Shown here piece after piece: positions 25,805 through 35,410 of a stretch of DNA of 47,106 nucleotides (the first letter of the stretch is position 1; each line of letters begins with the position of its first letter). A program made the position numbers and the translations under genes. The stretch covers positions 91,547 to 138,652 of the forward strand of contig MEXN01000003.1 in the NCBI GenBank assembly GCA_001773695.1, in the 5' to 3' direction. Below the pieces are notes generated by a model that worked only from the letters and a program-made list of their open reading frames with translations, did not search any database and was not told the DNA's origin. This stretch comes from Candidatus Amesbacteria bacterium RIFCSPLOWO2_01_FULL_48_25. Lineage in GTDB: Bacteria > Patescibacteriota > Microgenomatia > CAZETR01 > Amesbacteraceae.

Positions 25805-27189
25805 TTTTCGGGGCGCAATAGTGGGAATAGGACGGTTTCGCGGATGGGAAGATCGGCTAAAAATGAAAAAAGTCTTTCGGAAACACCAAAGCCGGTGACA
25901 GGAGGCATACCGTACTCCAGGGCGGTGACAAAATCAGTGTCATTCATTTGGGCTTCTTCATCTCCCGCTTCACGCATAGCCTGCTGACCAGCAAATCTTT
26001 CCGCTTGATCCACAGGATCATTAAGCTCGGAGTAACCGTTACCCATTTCGCTGCCGGCGATGATGACTTGGTAACGCTCGACAAAGCTGGGCCTGCTGGG
26101 AATGCGCTTGGCCAGAGGAGAGACTTCCACGGGATGGCCCACTAAAAAAGCTGGGCCGGTAATTGATTTGCGAACAGATTTCCAAAGTTGGTCCAATTCA
26201 CGCGCTGGCAGAGATTTTTTACTCACATCCTGACCGGTTTTCTCCAAAATAGTTTGGGTGTAATCGATTTTTTTCCAGGGAACAGATAAGTCAACATTGT
26301 GGCCCTCAATTTCAAACTTCAACTTACCAAATGTTTTTTTGGCAACATATTTATACATTTCTTCAACTAATTGCATGGAGTTTTCATAGTTGGCATAAGA
26401 CCAATAAAATTCCATTTGAGAATAATCCTGCAAATGTTCACGGCTAACACCCTCATTTCTGAACTGACGGCCGATTTCGAATGTTTTTTCAAAACCCGCG
26501 ACCATCAGGCGTTTTTGCCAGAGTTCACCCATTGAGATGCGCAAATACAAGTCGATGTCTAAAGCGTTGTGATGAGTGATAAAGGGATTGGCATCGGCGC
26601 CTCCAACGGTGTTTTCTAATACTGGAGTTTCTACTTCCAGAAAACCCTTTTTGACCAAAAAGTCGCGCATGGATTGCCAGAAAACCGCTTTCTTGCGGAA
26701 TAGATTCTTTAAGTCATTATTTAAGAGAAGATCTATGTACCGCTGACGATAGCGGGCTTCTTCGTCTTTCAGGCCGTACCAGTCGTCGGGCAAAGGGCGC
26801 AAGGATTTGGAGAGGAGTTCGAAGTGGGCTACGTCTACTGTAATCTCGCCGGCTTGGGTTTTGATCACACTCCCGGATACGCCCAAGAAATCACCGATGT
26901 CAAAGAGCCGCAAGATGTCAAATTTATCGCCCAGGGATTTTTTTTGAAAAAACAACTGAATCTGGCCGGAGGTATCTTTGAGGTCGGCAAAGACTACATG
27001 ACCATGCTCGCGCCAGCGCAAGAGTCTGCCAACCACAAAAACCGTCTGGCCGTGGCTTTGACGGGCTTGGGAGATAGCTTGAGGGAGTTGGGAGGGTTTG
27101 GCGGGATACGGGTCGATACCTAAATCACGAATTTTTTTTAGTTTCTCAATCCTAGTCTCTCTTATTTCCACCAATCGGGAAGAGCTCAT
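25801..27189 (-). CDS. lysS: Lysine--tRNA ligase (class II)
   Basis: OB-fold N-terminus, RYRQRYIDL, FRNEG, NGYSELNDP, LEYGMPP. Confidence 0.97.
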   Translation of the reverse strand: MSSSRLVEIRETRIEKLKKIRDLGIDPYPAKPSQLPQAISQARQSHGQTVFVVGRLLRWREHGHVVFADLKDTSGQIQLFFQKKSLGDKFDILRLFDIGDFLGVSGSVIKTQAGEITVDVAHFELLSKSLRPLPDDWYGLKDEEARYRQRYIDLLLNNDLKNLFRKKAVFWQSMRDFLVKKGFLEVETPVLENTVGGADANPFITHHNALDIDLYLRISMGELWQKRLMVAGFEKTFEIGRQFRNEGVSREHLQDYSQMEFYWSYANYENSMQLVEEMYKYVAKKTFGKLKFEIEGHNVDLSVPWKKIDYTQTILEKTGQDVSKKSLPARELDQLWKSVRKSITGPAFLVGHPVEVSPLAKRIPSRPSFVERYQVIIAGSEMGNGYSELNDPVDQAERFAGQQAMREAGDEEAQMNDTDFVTALEYGMPPVTGFGVSERLFSFLADLPIRETVLFPLLRPEK

Positions 27190-27198
27190 GTCCCCATT

Positions 27199-27660
27199 CT
27201 AGCTTATAGCTACGATCGTGTATAGGATTTTTCCAGCAGGAGCCACAACTTCTACCCGGTCGCCGACTTTTTTACCCATGAGGGCCTGGCCCAGGGGTGA
27301 GGAATGGGAAATTTTTTTCTGGGCGGGATCGGCTTCCCACTCACCTACAATGTGAAACACGGTTTGGCCCCCATTGACTTTGACGGTTACTTTGTGACCG
27401 AAATTAACTTGAGAATTTGAGCTAGGATGGCTGACTTGGGCACTTTTGATCAGATCTTCCAGTTCGGCGATGCGGCCATCCACAAAAGCCAGGTCTTCCC
27501 TGGCGCTTTGGTAATCGCTATTTTCCGACAAATCCCCCATAGACCTGGCCTGAGAAAGGCGGACCACTAAATTTGGCCGACGGTCGGAATTGAGCTCATC
27601 CAGCTCTGACTTGAGTTGGTCCAGTCCAATTTGGGTAATAAGCAAAGGCTGACTGTTCAT
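27199..27660 (-). CDS. greA: Transcription elongation factor GreA
   Basis: GDLSENSDY, ISHSSPLGQALMG; start MNSQPLL at 27660. Confidence 0.95.
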   Translation of the reverse strand: MNSQPLLITQIGLDQLKSELDELNSDRRPNLVVRLSQARSMGDLSENSDYQSAREDLAFVDGRIAELEDLIKSAQVSHPSSNSQVNFGHKVTVKVNGGQTVFHIVGEWEADPAQKKISHSSPLGQALMGKKVGDRVEVVAPAGKILYTIVAIS

Positions 27661-27670
27661 GTGTTCGGGG

Positions 27671-27693
27671 AAAAAAATTGCCGCCAGCGGCGG
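27671..27693 (-). terminator. Terminator-like hairpin in the greA leader
   Basis: CCGCC-GCT-GGCGG caa TTTTTTT between promoter and ATG. Confidence 0.55.
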
Positions 27694-27719
27694 TGTGGTT
27701 TGGGCAAGACCTGCAGGGT

Positions 27720-27748
27720 ATTGTACAGGCAACTCCTTGGTTTGTCAA
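27720..27748 (-). promoter_or_regulatory. Sigma70 promoter of greA-lysS
   Basis: TTGACA-17 nt-TACAAT. Confidence 0.8.
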
Positions 27749-27781
27749 TACAATAATGTCCCTTATTATTGGGTTGTTCTG

Positions 27782-27855
27782 TGACCCCGGAGGGATTTGA
27801 ACCCTCGATTTTCTGGATGAGAACCAGATGTCCTGGACCACTAGACGACGGGGCC
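27782..27855 (-). tRNA. tRNA-Glu (CTC)
   Basis: GGCCCCG/CGGGGTC acceptor stem, TCTGG-TTCTCAT-CCAGA anticodon arm, GGTTCAAATCC T arm; CCA not encoded. Confidence 0.95.
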
Positions 27856-27894
27856 GATTGTGCCAATTTTAGCATTTGTGGTAGACTGGGGGAT

Positions 27895-28515
27895 ATGAAT
27901 AAAAATCTAATGATTGGAGTAGGTGTGGTCGTAGTGTTGTTGCTGGGGGGATGGTATGTGATGGGCCGGAAGACGAACCAACCATCTCCTCAACCTACGG
28001 AACAAATTACTCCTACTCCTGCTCGTCAGAGTGGGTCTTTAAGGCAGTTGCTGGCGGGGGGAATAGCCCAGAAGTGTACTTTTAGTTCTGAAGCGACGCA
28101 GGGCACAGTATATATGAGCGGGGGGAAAATGCGGGGGGATATGAAAACCACTGCCGATGATAAAACAATTGTGTCCCACATGTTAGTGGACGGAACGACC
28201 ACTTATATTTGGATGGACGATCAGACGGCTGGATATAAAATGAGCTGGGAGAATAGCACTCCCGCACCAACTGGAGAAGCTCGACCGGGTTTCGACCCAG
28301 ATCGAGATGTGGATTACGACTGCGGAGTTTGGGTGACTGACGGTAGCCAATTTACGCTACCTACAAACGTCACGTTTTCGGATATGAGTAAAATTATCAC
28401 CCCCTCGGGAATGGCGCCCAAGACTACTCCTGGATCCCAATCCCAATGTGATGCCTGTAACAACCTAACTGGAACAGCCAAGACGCAATGCTTGACGGCT
28501 TTGGGGTGTAACTAA
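27895..28515 (+). CDS. Membrane-anchored secreted protein with Cys-rich C-terminus
   Basis: N-terminal TM, P/T linker, beta-rich domain, terminal CDAC..C..C. Start moved downstream of the tRNA. Confidence 0.8.
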   Translation: MNKNLMIGVGVVVVLLLGGWYVMGRKTNQPSPQPTEQITPTPARQSGSLRQLLAGGIAQKCTFSSEATQGTVYMSGGKMRGDMKTTADDKTIVSHMLVDGTTTYIWMDDQTAGYKMSWENSTPAPTGEARPGFDPDRDVDYDCGVWVTDGSQFTLPTNVTFSDMSKIITPSGMAPKTTPGSQSQCDACNNLTGTAKTQCLTALGCN

Positions 28516-28521
28516 TCGGGA

Positions 28522-30936
28522 TTACGCTGTGGCGGTGAGGAAGTGGGGGGCGGACTTGGGGAATTTGATTGATGGCGAGGGGTGAAGGGCGATTTTGAGA
28601 ACATCGTCCAGGTGGGCGGCAAAGTGGAATTTGAGTTCCCGTTTGACGCTTACTGGGACGTCCTCCATGTCCTTGCGGTTGTCTTTGGGCAAAATGACTT
28701 GTTTGATCCCGGCCCGGTGAGCGGCGATGACTTTTTCTTTGACACCGCCGATTTCCAAAGCCCGGCCGCGCAAGGTAATTTCCCCGGTCATGGCCGTGTC
28801 CCTGCGAACCGGGATATGGGTGAGGGCGGAGACGATGGCTGTGGTTATGGCCAGACCGGCCGACGGACCGTCCTTGGGGACGGCACCCTCGGGGACGTGG
28901 ATATGAATATCAATTTTTTTATAGAAATCCTCTTTTAATCCAAGCTTTTGCCAGCGACTCCGGACATAAGAATAGGCGGCCTGGGCCGATTCTTTCATGA
29001 CGTCGCCCAGTTGGCCGGTAAGCTTGAGATCGCCTTTGCCGGGCATAAGAGCGACTTCGATAAATAGAACGTCGCCGCCAGCTTCCGTCCAGGCAAGACC
29101 GGTGGACATGCCAATTTCATCTTTTTTCTCCGCCAGTGTTTCCGGGATGCGTTGGGGACCTAAGTATTTTCTAACATCTGAGAGGCTAATTTGGGTAGGT
29201 GAAGTTTTTTTCTCGGCCAGATGACGAGCTACTTTGCGACAGATTTTGGCTAAATTGCGCTCCAGATCTCGGACGCCGGCCTCTCGGGTGTAGCGGCGGA
29301 TAATCTCTTTGAGGGCTTCTGAGGTAATTTTCAGTTTAGGAGGTAGGCCGGTACTTTTGAGTTGTTTAGCCCATAAATAATCCAAGGCGATATGCACTTT
29401 TTCCTCCAGGGTGTAACCGGGAAAAGTGATGACTTCCAGCCGGTCGCGAAGGGCGGGGGGGATGGTGTCTAGCATGTTGGCAGTAGTTATAAACATGACT
29501 TGTGACAGGTCAAAGGGTACTTCGAGATAGTGATCTGAAAACTCTTTGTTTTGCTCCGGGTCGAGAGCCTCTAATAGAGCTGAAGACGGGTCTCCCCGAT
29601 AGTCAGTACCGAGCTTATCAATTTCGTCAAGCATAAAGACCGGGTTTTTGGTGCCAGCGTTTTTGATGCCCTGGATGATCCGGCCGGGAAGTGAGCCCAC
29701 GTAAGTGCGCCTGTGACCCCGAATTTCCGCCTCGTCACGAATGCCCCCCAGGGACATGCGGACGAATTTGCGCCCCAGAGCCCGGGCAATTGAGCGGCCA
29801 ATGGAAGTTTTACCCACTCCTGGAGGTCCGGAGAAACACAGAATCGTGGGGACTGTGGAATTGGTGGAATCGCCGTTGTGGGTTTTGAGTTTCATGACTG
29901 CCAGGTGTTCCAAAATCCGTTCTTTGACTTTTTTGAGTCCGTAATGGTCCTCGTCTAACGTCTTGGCTGCGTTTTGAAGTGAAACCCGGCTAGTTGAGAC
30001 AGTGGACCAGGGCATACCAATAAGCCAGTCCAGATATGAGCGGACGTAACTGCCCTCGGGGTTGTGAATACTCATCTGGGAGAGACGGGTGAGCTCCTTT
30101 TCGGCTTTTTTCCTGACATCTGCAGGCATCTTGGCTAGTTTAAGCTGTTTTTTAAGAAGAGATATATCATCTAAATCGTCGTCTCCTTCCCCGGCCCCCA
30201 TTTTTTCCAGTTCCTCCTGGATAGTCTTTTTGCGCTCCCGTAATACTTGCTCGCGCATGTTTTTTTCGAATTTAGCGTGGGTTTTGGACTGGATTGATTT
30301 CTCCAGCTCCAAAATTTTGATCTCGTGCACTAATTGATCGAGGATTTTTTCCAGTCGTGTTTCCACACCCATTGTCTCCAGTAAGGCTTGCTTACCGGCG
30401 GTGGGCAGGTCCAGAGAGTTGGCAATTTGGTCGGCTAGCTCGGCTGCAGAAACCCCGGACATGAGGCGCATAAAAACCGGGAACTCTACCGACTTGCCCA
30501 AGTTAAAAGCGTTTTTGAACTCGGTGACCACTTGGCGGGCTAAAGCTTCCAACCTGTCCGATGGAGCCCATTGGTCGGAGATAATTTCTGCCGAGGCGGA
30601 GAAGTACGGCTCTGAGGTGACCAGAGGACCCAGACGAACACGGGATAAACCCTTAACCAGGGCCAAAAGTTCGTTGGAATAGGGGACGATTTGCTCGACG
30701 GAACAAAGAGTGCCAATTGTATATAGGTCTTCCGGTTGGGGGGTGGCGATGGGCTGTTTCTGAGCTACAAAAATTATTTGTTTATCGGCCCGGATGGCGG
30801 CTTCGATGCCGGCATTGCTTTTGGGCCGGCCGAAAGTCAGGTGGGCGTCGGTATGGGGAAAAACTACACCTTCACGAAGGGCGACCACCGGATAGACACG
30901 GGTGGGCTTGGGAGTTGAAGATAAAGTAAATGCCAT
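28522..30936 (-). CDS. lon: ATP-dependent Lon protease
   Basis: [38 protein letters not shown]. Confidence 0.98.
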   Translation of the reverse strand: MAFTLSSTPKPTRVYPVVALREGVVFPHTDAHLTFGRPKSNAGIEAAIRADKQIIFVAQKQPIATPQPEDLYTIGTLCSVEQIVPYSNELLALVKGLSRVRLGPLVTSEPYFSASAEIISDQWAPSDRLEALARQVVTEFKNAFNLGKSVEFPVFMRLMSGVSAAELADQIANSLDLPTAGKQALLETMGVETRLEKILDQLVHEIKILELEKSIQSKTHAKFEKNMREQVLRERKKTIQEELEKMGAGEGDDDLDDISLLKKQLKLAKMPADVRKKAEKELTRLSQMSIHNPEGSYVRSYLDWLIGMPWSTVSTSRVSLQNAAKTLDEDHYGLKKVKERILEHLAVMKLKTHNGDSTNSTVPTILCFSGPPGVGKTSIGRSIARALGRKFVRMSLGGIRDEAEIRGHRRTYVGSLPGRIIQGIKNAGTKNPVFMLDEIDKLGTDYRGDPSSALLEALDPEQNKEFSDHYLEVPFDLSQVMFITTANMLDTIPPALRDRLEVITFPGYTLEEKVHIALDYLWAKQLKSTGLPPKLKITSEALKEIIRRYTREAGVRDLERNLAKICRKVARHLAEKKTSPTQISLSDVRKYLGPQRIPETLAEKKDEIGMSTGLAWTEAGGDVLFIEVALMPGKGDLKLTGQLGDVMKESAQAAYSYVRSRWQKLGLKEDFYKKIDIHIHVPEGAVPKDGPSAGLAITTAIVSALTHIPVRRDTAMTGEITLRGRALEIGGVKEKVIAAHRAGIKQVILPKDNRKDMEDVPVSVKRELKFHFAAHLDDVLKIALHPSPSIKFPKSAPHFLTATA

Positions 30937-30942
30937 GTGTAT

Positions 30943-30969
30943 TTAGCACTCTAGCAAAGTGAGTGACAA
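30943..30969. promoter_or_regulatory. CIRCE element (HrcA operator) over the lon promoter
   Basis: TTAGCACTC-N9-GAGTGACAA versus consensus TTAGCACTC-N9-GAGTGCTAA; overlaps TTGACT-17-TAGAGT on the minus strand. Confidence 0.9.
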
Positions 30970-30972
30970 GAG

Positions 30973-31437
30973 TCAAGATAGATGTTTACGAGGAAGATGG
31001 AGGCGGAAGACGATGCGGGCCGTGATGGCACCAATAATTGCTCCGCCGACGATATCGACTGGATAGTGGACGTTGCCTAAAATGCGGCTTATCGCTATTA
31101 AAAAACTTCCCACCAGCATTGTCACCCCGACTGGGCCATCATGCATGAAGGCGGAAACGCCAAAGGCGAAAGCTGCGGCGGTGTGACCCGATGGAAAACT
31201 GCCGGAAGCTGGATTGAACCCGGTGGGCATGAGACCATTTTGGAGAAATGGCCGGGGAGTGGGAAAAATTTCCTTGATGAAGCTAACTACCAGCCAGGCC
31301 GCAAAGGAGGAGAGAAGGGCGTGGACAAGCCCTTCACGGCGCTTGCGCCACCAGGCTATGGTCAAGCCGAGATACATCAAAATCAATAAATAGTTGCCGA
31401 AAGATAGGATTAGATTAAACTTGAAAATTGGGTCCAT
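30973..31437 (-). CDS. PAP2 family phosphatase
   Basis: KxxxxxxRP, PSGH, SRxxxxxH. Confidence 0.9.
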   Translation of the reverse strand: MDPIFKFNLILSFGNYLLILMYLGLTIAWWRKRREGLVHALLSSFAAWLVVSFIKEIFPTPRPFLQNGLMPTGFNPASGSFPSGHTAAAFAFGVSAFMHDGPVGVTMLVGSFLIAISRILGNVHYPVDIVGGAIIGAITARIVFRLHLPRKHLS

Positions 31438-31441
31438 GGAG

Positions 31442-32125
31442 CTATTTGTGAATTATAACTCTGGTTCCGGGGTTATCAGCACTTGAGCGAACGGCGTATT
31501 TGCCGGCAGGAAGCGACGGCTGAGTCCAATAGAAGAGTTTTTCGGCAATATTTGTAGGAGCATTGACGCAACCATGACTCATGGGGCGCCCAAAATTAGA
31601 GTGCCAATAGGTACCATGAATACCAAAGTCGCCACGGAAAAACATGGCGTAGGGAACGTTGGGCAGATAATAATAAGTACCGTTGAGGCGGCTGCCGCCC
31701 TCCATTTTGGTAGATCTGACCTTGTACCAAATACGGTATTCCCCCACGGGAGTGGAGTTCCATAAGCCGCTGGAAATAAGGCTTTGGAAAGCGATTTGAT
31801 CGCCCTCATGGGCCGTAAGTTGCTGCCGACCCAGGTCGATTTCTATCCACTTATTCTCACCATCGGAAATACCTAAGACGTTTATTTCGGACTGGGGTAA
31901 GGTTTGGGTAAGATAACTGGGTGGAGAGATGGGGCTGTTTTGCCAAAAGGCGACCGTCTGGGAAGGGTCTACCTGGCCTTCTTGAAGCAAAACTTGTGAG
32001 TCGGAAACGACTTTGCAGCCTGGAAGGTTTTGGGCTTTGCCGATGGCGGAAAAGGAGAAATACAAAAAGGCGAATGCGGCCAGACTGCCCAGACCTATGA
32101 GGGGCAGGGGGCGGAGCAGAGTCAT
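31442..32125 (-). CDS. L,D-transpeptidase (YkuD) family protein
   Basis: IHGTYWH...SHGCVN; N-terminal anchor. Confidence 0.9.
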   Translation of the reverse strand: MTLLRPLPLIGLGSLAAFAFLYFSFSAIGKAQNLPGCKVVSDSQVLLQEGQVDPSQTVAFWQNSPISPPSYLTQTLPQSEINVLGISDGENKWIEIDLGRQQLTAHEGDQIAFQSLISSGLWNSTPVGEYRIWYKVRSTKMEGGSRLNGTYYYLPNVPYAMFFRGDFGIHGTYWHSNFGRPMSHGCVNAPTNIAEKLFYWTQPSLPAGKYAVRSSADNPGTRVIIHK

Positions 32126-32137
32126 GGGCTTGGTTAT

Positions 32138-32323
32138 TTATTTATCTTTTGACAATTGTTTTTTGAGGGTCTCGTAGACTTCCTTTTTGGTTTCCTCGAC
32201 AGACATGTCCCAAACTTTGGCCATGTAGGTAAAATCGGCTTCGACGAGAGCACCACCGCCCTGATGAAGTGGATGTTTGCCCATGTCGTCGGTGGGAACA
32301 CCGCAGCCGCAGTTATAGCACAT
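32138..32323 (-). CDS. Small Cys/His-rich protein (61 aa)
   Basis: MCYNCGCG...HPLH; fits the gap with a -10-like element upstream. Confidence 0.75.
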   Translation of the reverse strand: MCYNCGCGVPTDDMGKHPLHQGGGALVEADFTYMAKVWDMSVEETKKEVYETLKKQLSKDK

Positions 32324-32356
32324 AAGCGCTTTGTTTCAATGTACAATGAATGAGAT

Positions 32357-33013
32357 ATGAACGCAAGGATCAAACAAATAGTTGATGAGGTGAAAGATAT
32401 CAAGAGTTTTCGGCTGAAACCGGAGCAGAAGTTGAGTTATGTCGCCGGACAGTGGATGTACGTTCGCCTTTCGACAGATTTAAGGCATCACTTTACTATT
32501 TCGGCATCTCCAAGCGAAGAATTTTTGCAGTTTACGACCAAATTTCGGGCAGAGTCTCTATACAAACAGGCGCTGTGGAAGAAGAAAGAGGGTGATGAAG
32601 TGGAAGTAAACGGGCCGTTTGGGAGTTTTGTCTTGGACGAAAAAGACACCACTCCAAGATTGTTTATTGCCGGAGGGATAGGAATAACGCCGTTTAGATC
32701 GATGATTAAATACGCTACTGACCGGCAAATAAATCTGCCGATAACTTTGCTTTATTCCGGAAAGAATACTGGAGAAATGGCATTTATTTCAGAATTCAAT
32801 GTTCAAAGTTCAATGTTCAGTGTTTGGGTTATTGAGACAGTGAAGGAGGGAAGGATAGATGCCAAAAAAATCCAGGATTTGGTCCCCGACTGGAGAGATA
32901 GGACGTGGTGGGTGTGCGGGCCACCCCCCATGGTCGAGGCGATGGTGGAATTGGCACAGAAAATGGGAGTCGATGCTAATAAACTTAGGTCAGAAGAATT
33001 TACTGGGTACTAG
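32357..33013 (+). CDS. FAD/NAD(P)-binding oxidoreductase (FNR-like)
   Basis: FTISAS, GPFG, AGGIGITPFRS, CGPPPM, EEFTGY. Confidence 0.92.
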   Translation: MNARIKQIVDEVKDIKSFRLKPEQKLSYVAGQWMYVRLSTDLRHHFTISASPSEEFLQFTTKFRAESLYKQALWKKKEGDEVEVNGPFGSFVLDEKDTTPRLFIAGGIGITPFRSMIKYATDRQINLPITLLYSGKNTGEMAFISEFNVQSSMFSVWVIETVKEGRIDAKKIQDLVPDWRDRTWWVCGPPPMVEAMVELAQKMGVDANKLRSEEFTGY

Positions 33014-33492
33014 CGGGTGACGGAGATGACGGGGGCGACACCGTCGATGGCTTCGGCGTCGGGAGCGGAGACGGTGATGCGACCATTAGCTGCGCTTTGA
33101 ACAACGTCGTAAGCAGTGGTTAAGGTGACATCCGCACAATCGGCTTCGAGAATCGGGTCACCGTTGTCGGTAGAGGGATCGACTGGAAGAGCGGCGATAT
33201 ACTCAGTGACCATGAGATCGCAAATATTGACCTCGCCGACGGCATTGCCGATAGTGGCCGGAGCGGCACTAGGAATACCAAGGGCGGAGATATTACCCCG
33301 GTGATCGGCTGCGTATTGGTGAATGGCGTTTAGTAAAGCGTTAACGTCGCTGCTTCTTTTAGTATTATTCGCCTGGGCGAATTGACGAGCGGGATTAATG
33401 GCGATTAAAACGATGGCCAGAAGGACTGCCAGGATGCCGATTACGACTAAGAGTTCAATTAATGTAAAACCGCGACGGAGAGCTATTTTCAT
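33010..33492 (-). CDS. Type IV pilin (likely major pilin)
   Basis: RRG|FTLIELLVVIGILAVL class III signal; two Cys. Confidence 0.92.
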   Translation of the reverse strand: MKIALRRGFTLIELLVVIGILAVLLAIVLIAINPARQFAQANNTKRSSDVNALLNAIHQYAADHRGNISALGIPSAAPATIGNAVGEVNICDLMVTEYIAALPVDPSTDNGDPILEADCADVTLTTAYDVVQSAANGRITVSAPDAEAIDGVAPVISVTR

Positions 33493-33528
33493 GACTGTGT
33501 ATATAGTAGACCCCCTATGAAATACTTG

Positions 33529-34572
33529 TCAAGGGGTAGTTTTGGCCAGAGTAATCACGATATCAAATTTGGCTTGTGGATCTTCTTTTATACCCAACCC
33601 CGGATAGAGAGGATTGAGAATGCCCAAAACCTGTTCGCGAGCAGTCGGCGGTACGGCAGAGGAGAATGTGACTTGGGCCTTTCCGGTAATTTGAGTGGGG
33701 GCGTTGCCGGTTGTTATTTGAGTGAACCCCAAAGGACGGAGCTGGGACTCGAGTGAAGACGCCTGGCCGGGGACACCGGAGCCGTTTATGATTTGTATTT
33801 TGTACTGGGAAAGATTTGGGGTAGGTAGAGTCGTGGGGACCAGGGTGGGCTGAAGAATTGCTGAAGTGGGGATAACCCGTGACGGGGAAGCTTGAGTGGG
33901 AGTAGAACGACGCTTGAGGGTAGTAATAATCATGGTTATAGAAAAGGCCACCAGGGCAATGGAGACGATAGCTATGGAGAAAGAATATTTTTTAAGAAAT
34001 GCTTGTTCTTTGCCGTGAATAGATTGGGAATCATCGGGGCTGATAAAGCTGTTGGCCATGACTAAATCCAGTCTTTTTAGAACCAGATGGCAGGCTTGGG
34101 CATCGAAGTCGGACTTGACGCCAAGAGGTTCTAAGACAAAGCCCGGGACGACGGCTAAGATGTTGAACCCGGCGGATTCGAAACTGGCATGAATGGCCTC
34201 GTAAAAATCCCTATTTATTATGACTAATCTGAAACCTTTTTGAATTTTAAAGAGTTTGGAGCTGACGGAACTAAATGGAACTTTGTCCACAAATTTTTGC
34301 ATCTCGTCACCCGTAGGCGGGATGGTGCCGGGATAAACTTTGTCAAAATAGACAGCCGGGGACAGAACTATAACCAAAGGGGAAGCGCCAACTTGGTTTT
34401 TTTGGACAAAGGCCAATAGTTCCCGTGAGAGTTCATCTGGATTCATTACCTCCAAATCTATAACAGCTGTGGGGGGGTAGGCGAAAGCGGCGGGAGTACC
34501 CGAGGTAGTGCACAGCTGCAAGCGAGTCCTGTCAATATTCACTACTGTGGGAGGGAGAGATTTGTTTTTCAT
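33529..34572 (-). CDS. Pilus-cluster membrane protein with C-terminal LytR_C-like domain
   Basis: Cytoplasmic N-domain, TM, P/T linker, IQIINGSGVPGQA...DIVITL. Confidence 0.75.
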   Translation of the reverse strand: MKNKSLPPTVVNIDRTRLQLCTTSGTPAAFAYPPTAVIDLEVMNPDELSRELLAFVQKNQVGASPLVIVLSPAVYFDKVYPGTIPPTGDEMQKFVDKVPFSSVSSKLFKIQKGFRLVIINRDFYEAIHASFESAGFNILAVVPGFVLEPLGVKSDFDAQACHLVLKRLDLVMANSFISPDDSQSIHGKEQAFLKKYSFSIAIVSIALVAFSITMIITTLKRRSTPTQASPSRVIPTSAILQPTLVPTTLPTPNLSQYKIQIINGSGVPGQASSLESQLRPLGFTQITTGNAPTQITGKAQVTFSSAVPPTAREQVLGILNPLYPGLGIKEDPQAKFDIVITLAKTTP

Positions 34573-34943
34573 GGATTGATTTCGTTCCAGGTAAGGATAG
34601 TCAACAGGCCAGCCGTATTTTGGACAGTAACCTGGACGGTGCGGGAGTACCCGGAAATAACTCCAGTTGATGTAATAACCTGGGTTCCCGACCCGGTGAC
34701 ACTTATTGTAGCGACTCCGACGCCTACTGGCAACGAGCTAGGTGGGATCTGAACGCGAATGAGGCGCAATAAGGCCTCTTCCGCTCCTGACTCGGCTATC
34801 TGGTAAGCCATGAGGCCCAATTCCTGGCCGGAGGAGGCTTGGGTATTAGCAATCATGACAGCCACTGCTCCGGTGGTGACAATAATGGCCACAGAAAAAA
34901 ATACCAGCAATAAAACCAATGTTTGACCGGGTTTAAACTTCAC
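34569..34943 (-). CDS. Minor pilin, PilX-like
   Basis: G|QTLVLLL lacking Glu5; AYQIAESGAEEALLRL. Confidence 0.85.
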   Translation of the reverse strand: MKFKPGQTLVLLLVFFSVAIIVTTGAVAVMIANTQASSGQELGLMAYQIAESGAEEALLRLIRVQIPPSSLPVGVGVATISVTGSGTQVITSTGVISGYSRTVQVTVQNTAGLLTILTWNEINP

Positions 34944-34948
34944 GATGT

Positions 34949-35410
34949 TTACTTGTCCCGCAAGGAAACGGTCGATAAATAACTTTTGGTTTTGGCCACG
35001 CCGGTAATTTGAGAACTGCGGCTGGCTAGATCGAGGGTAATTTGGAGTGAGGGATGAGTGGTTGTGCCCAGGCGAGTAACAGTAAAGCCGGTAATTTGAG
35101 AATCGTAGCTGTTGAGATTCTGGCCGGCAAATTGCAAATTGCCTGAAACCACGGCATAAGTTCCGATGTCTAATCCTAGGGAGTTGGTAGTAAGGCCAGC
35201 GGTGCCTGGGGTGGAGATGGAACTGGCCCTGTGAATATCGTAGGCTAGGCGGGCCATGATATAGCGGCCATCCTGCTCCACGGCCGAGACGGATTGAGTT
35301 TCCAATTGGACATCTAAAACCGAGATTAATATCGAGCCCAAGATAACCAAAAAGCCGGCCATGAGACCCATATAAATTAATATTTCAACAATGGTGAAGG
35401 CCCGTTTCAT
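34949..35410 (-). CDS. Minor pilin (PilW-like)
   Basis: KRA|FTIVEILIYM. Confidence 0.85.
   Translation of the reverse strand: MKRAFTIVEILIYMGLMAGFLVILGSILISVLDVQLETQSVSAVEQDGRYIMARLAYDIHRASSISTPGTAGLTTNSLGLDIGTYAVVSGNLQFAGQNLNSYDSQITGFTVTRLGTTTHPSLQITLDLASRSSQITGVAKTKSYLSTVSLRDK

Noticed and set aside
27596-27894. ORFs and N-terminal extensions across tRNA-Glu and the greA leader
   Set aside because: They overlap a clear tRNA and promoter; better starts exist at 27660 and 27895.
27782-28515. tRNA-Glu or tRNA-Gln as prophage/island integration sites
   Set aside because: No duplicated tRNA 3' end or integrase seen; sequence beyond tRNA-Gln is outside the window.
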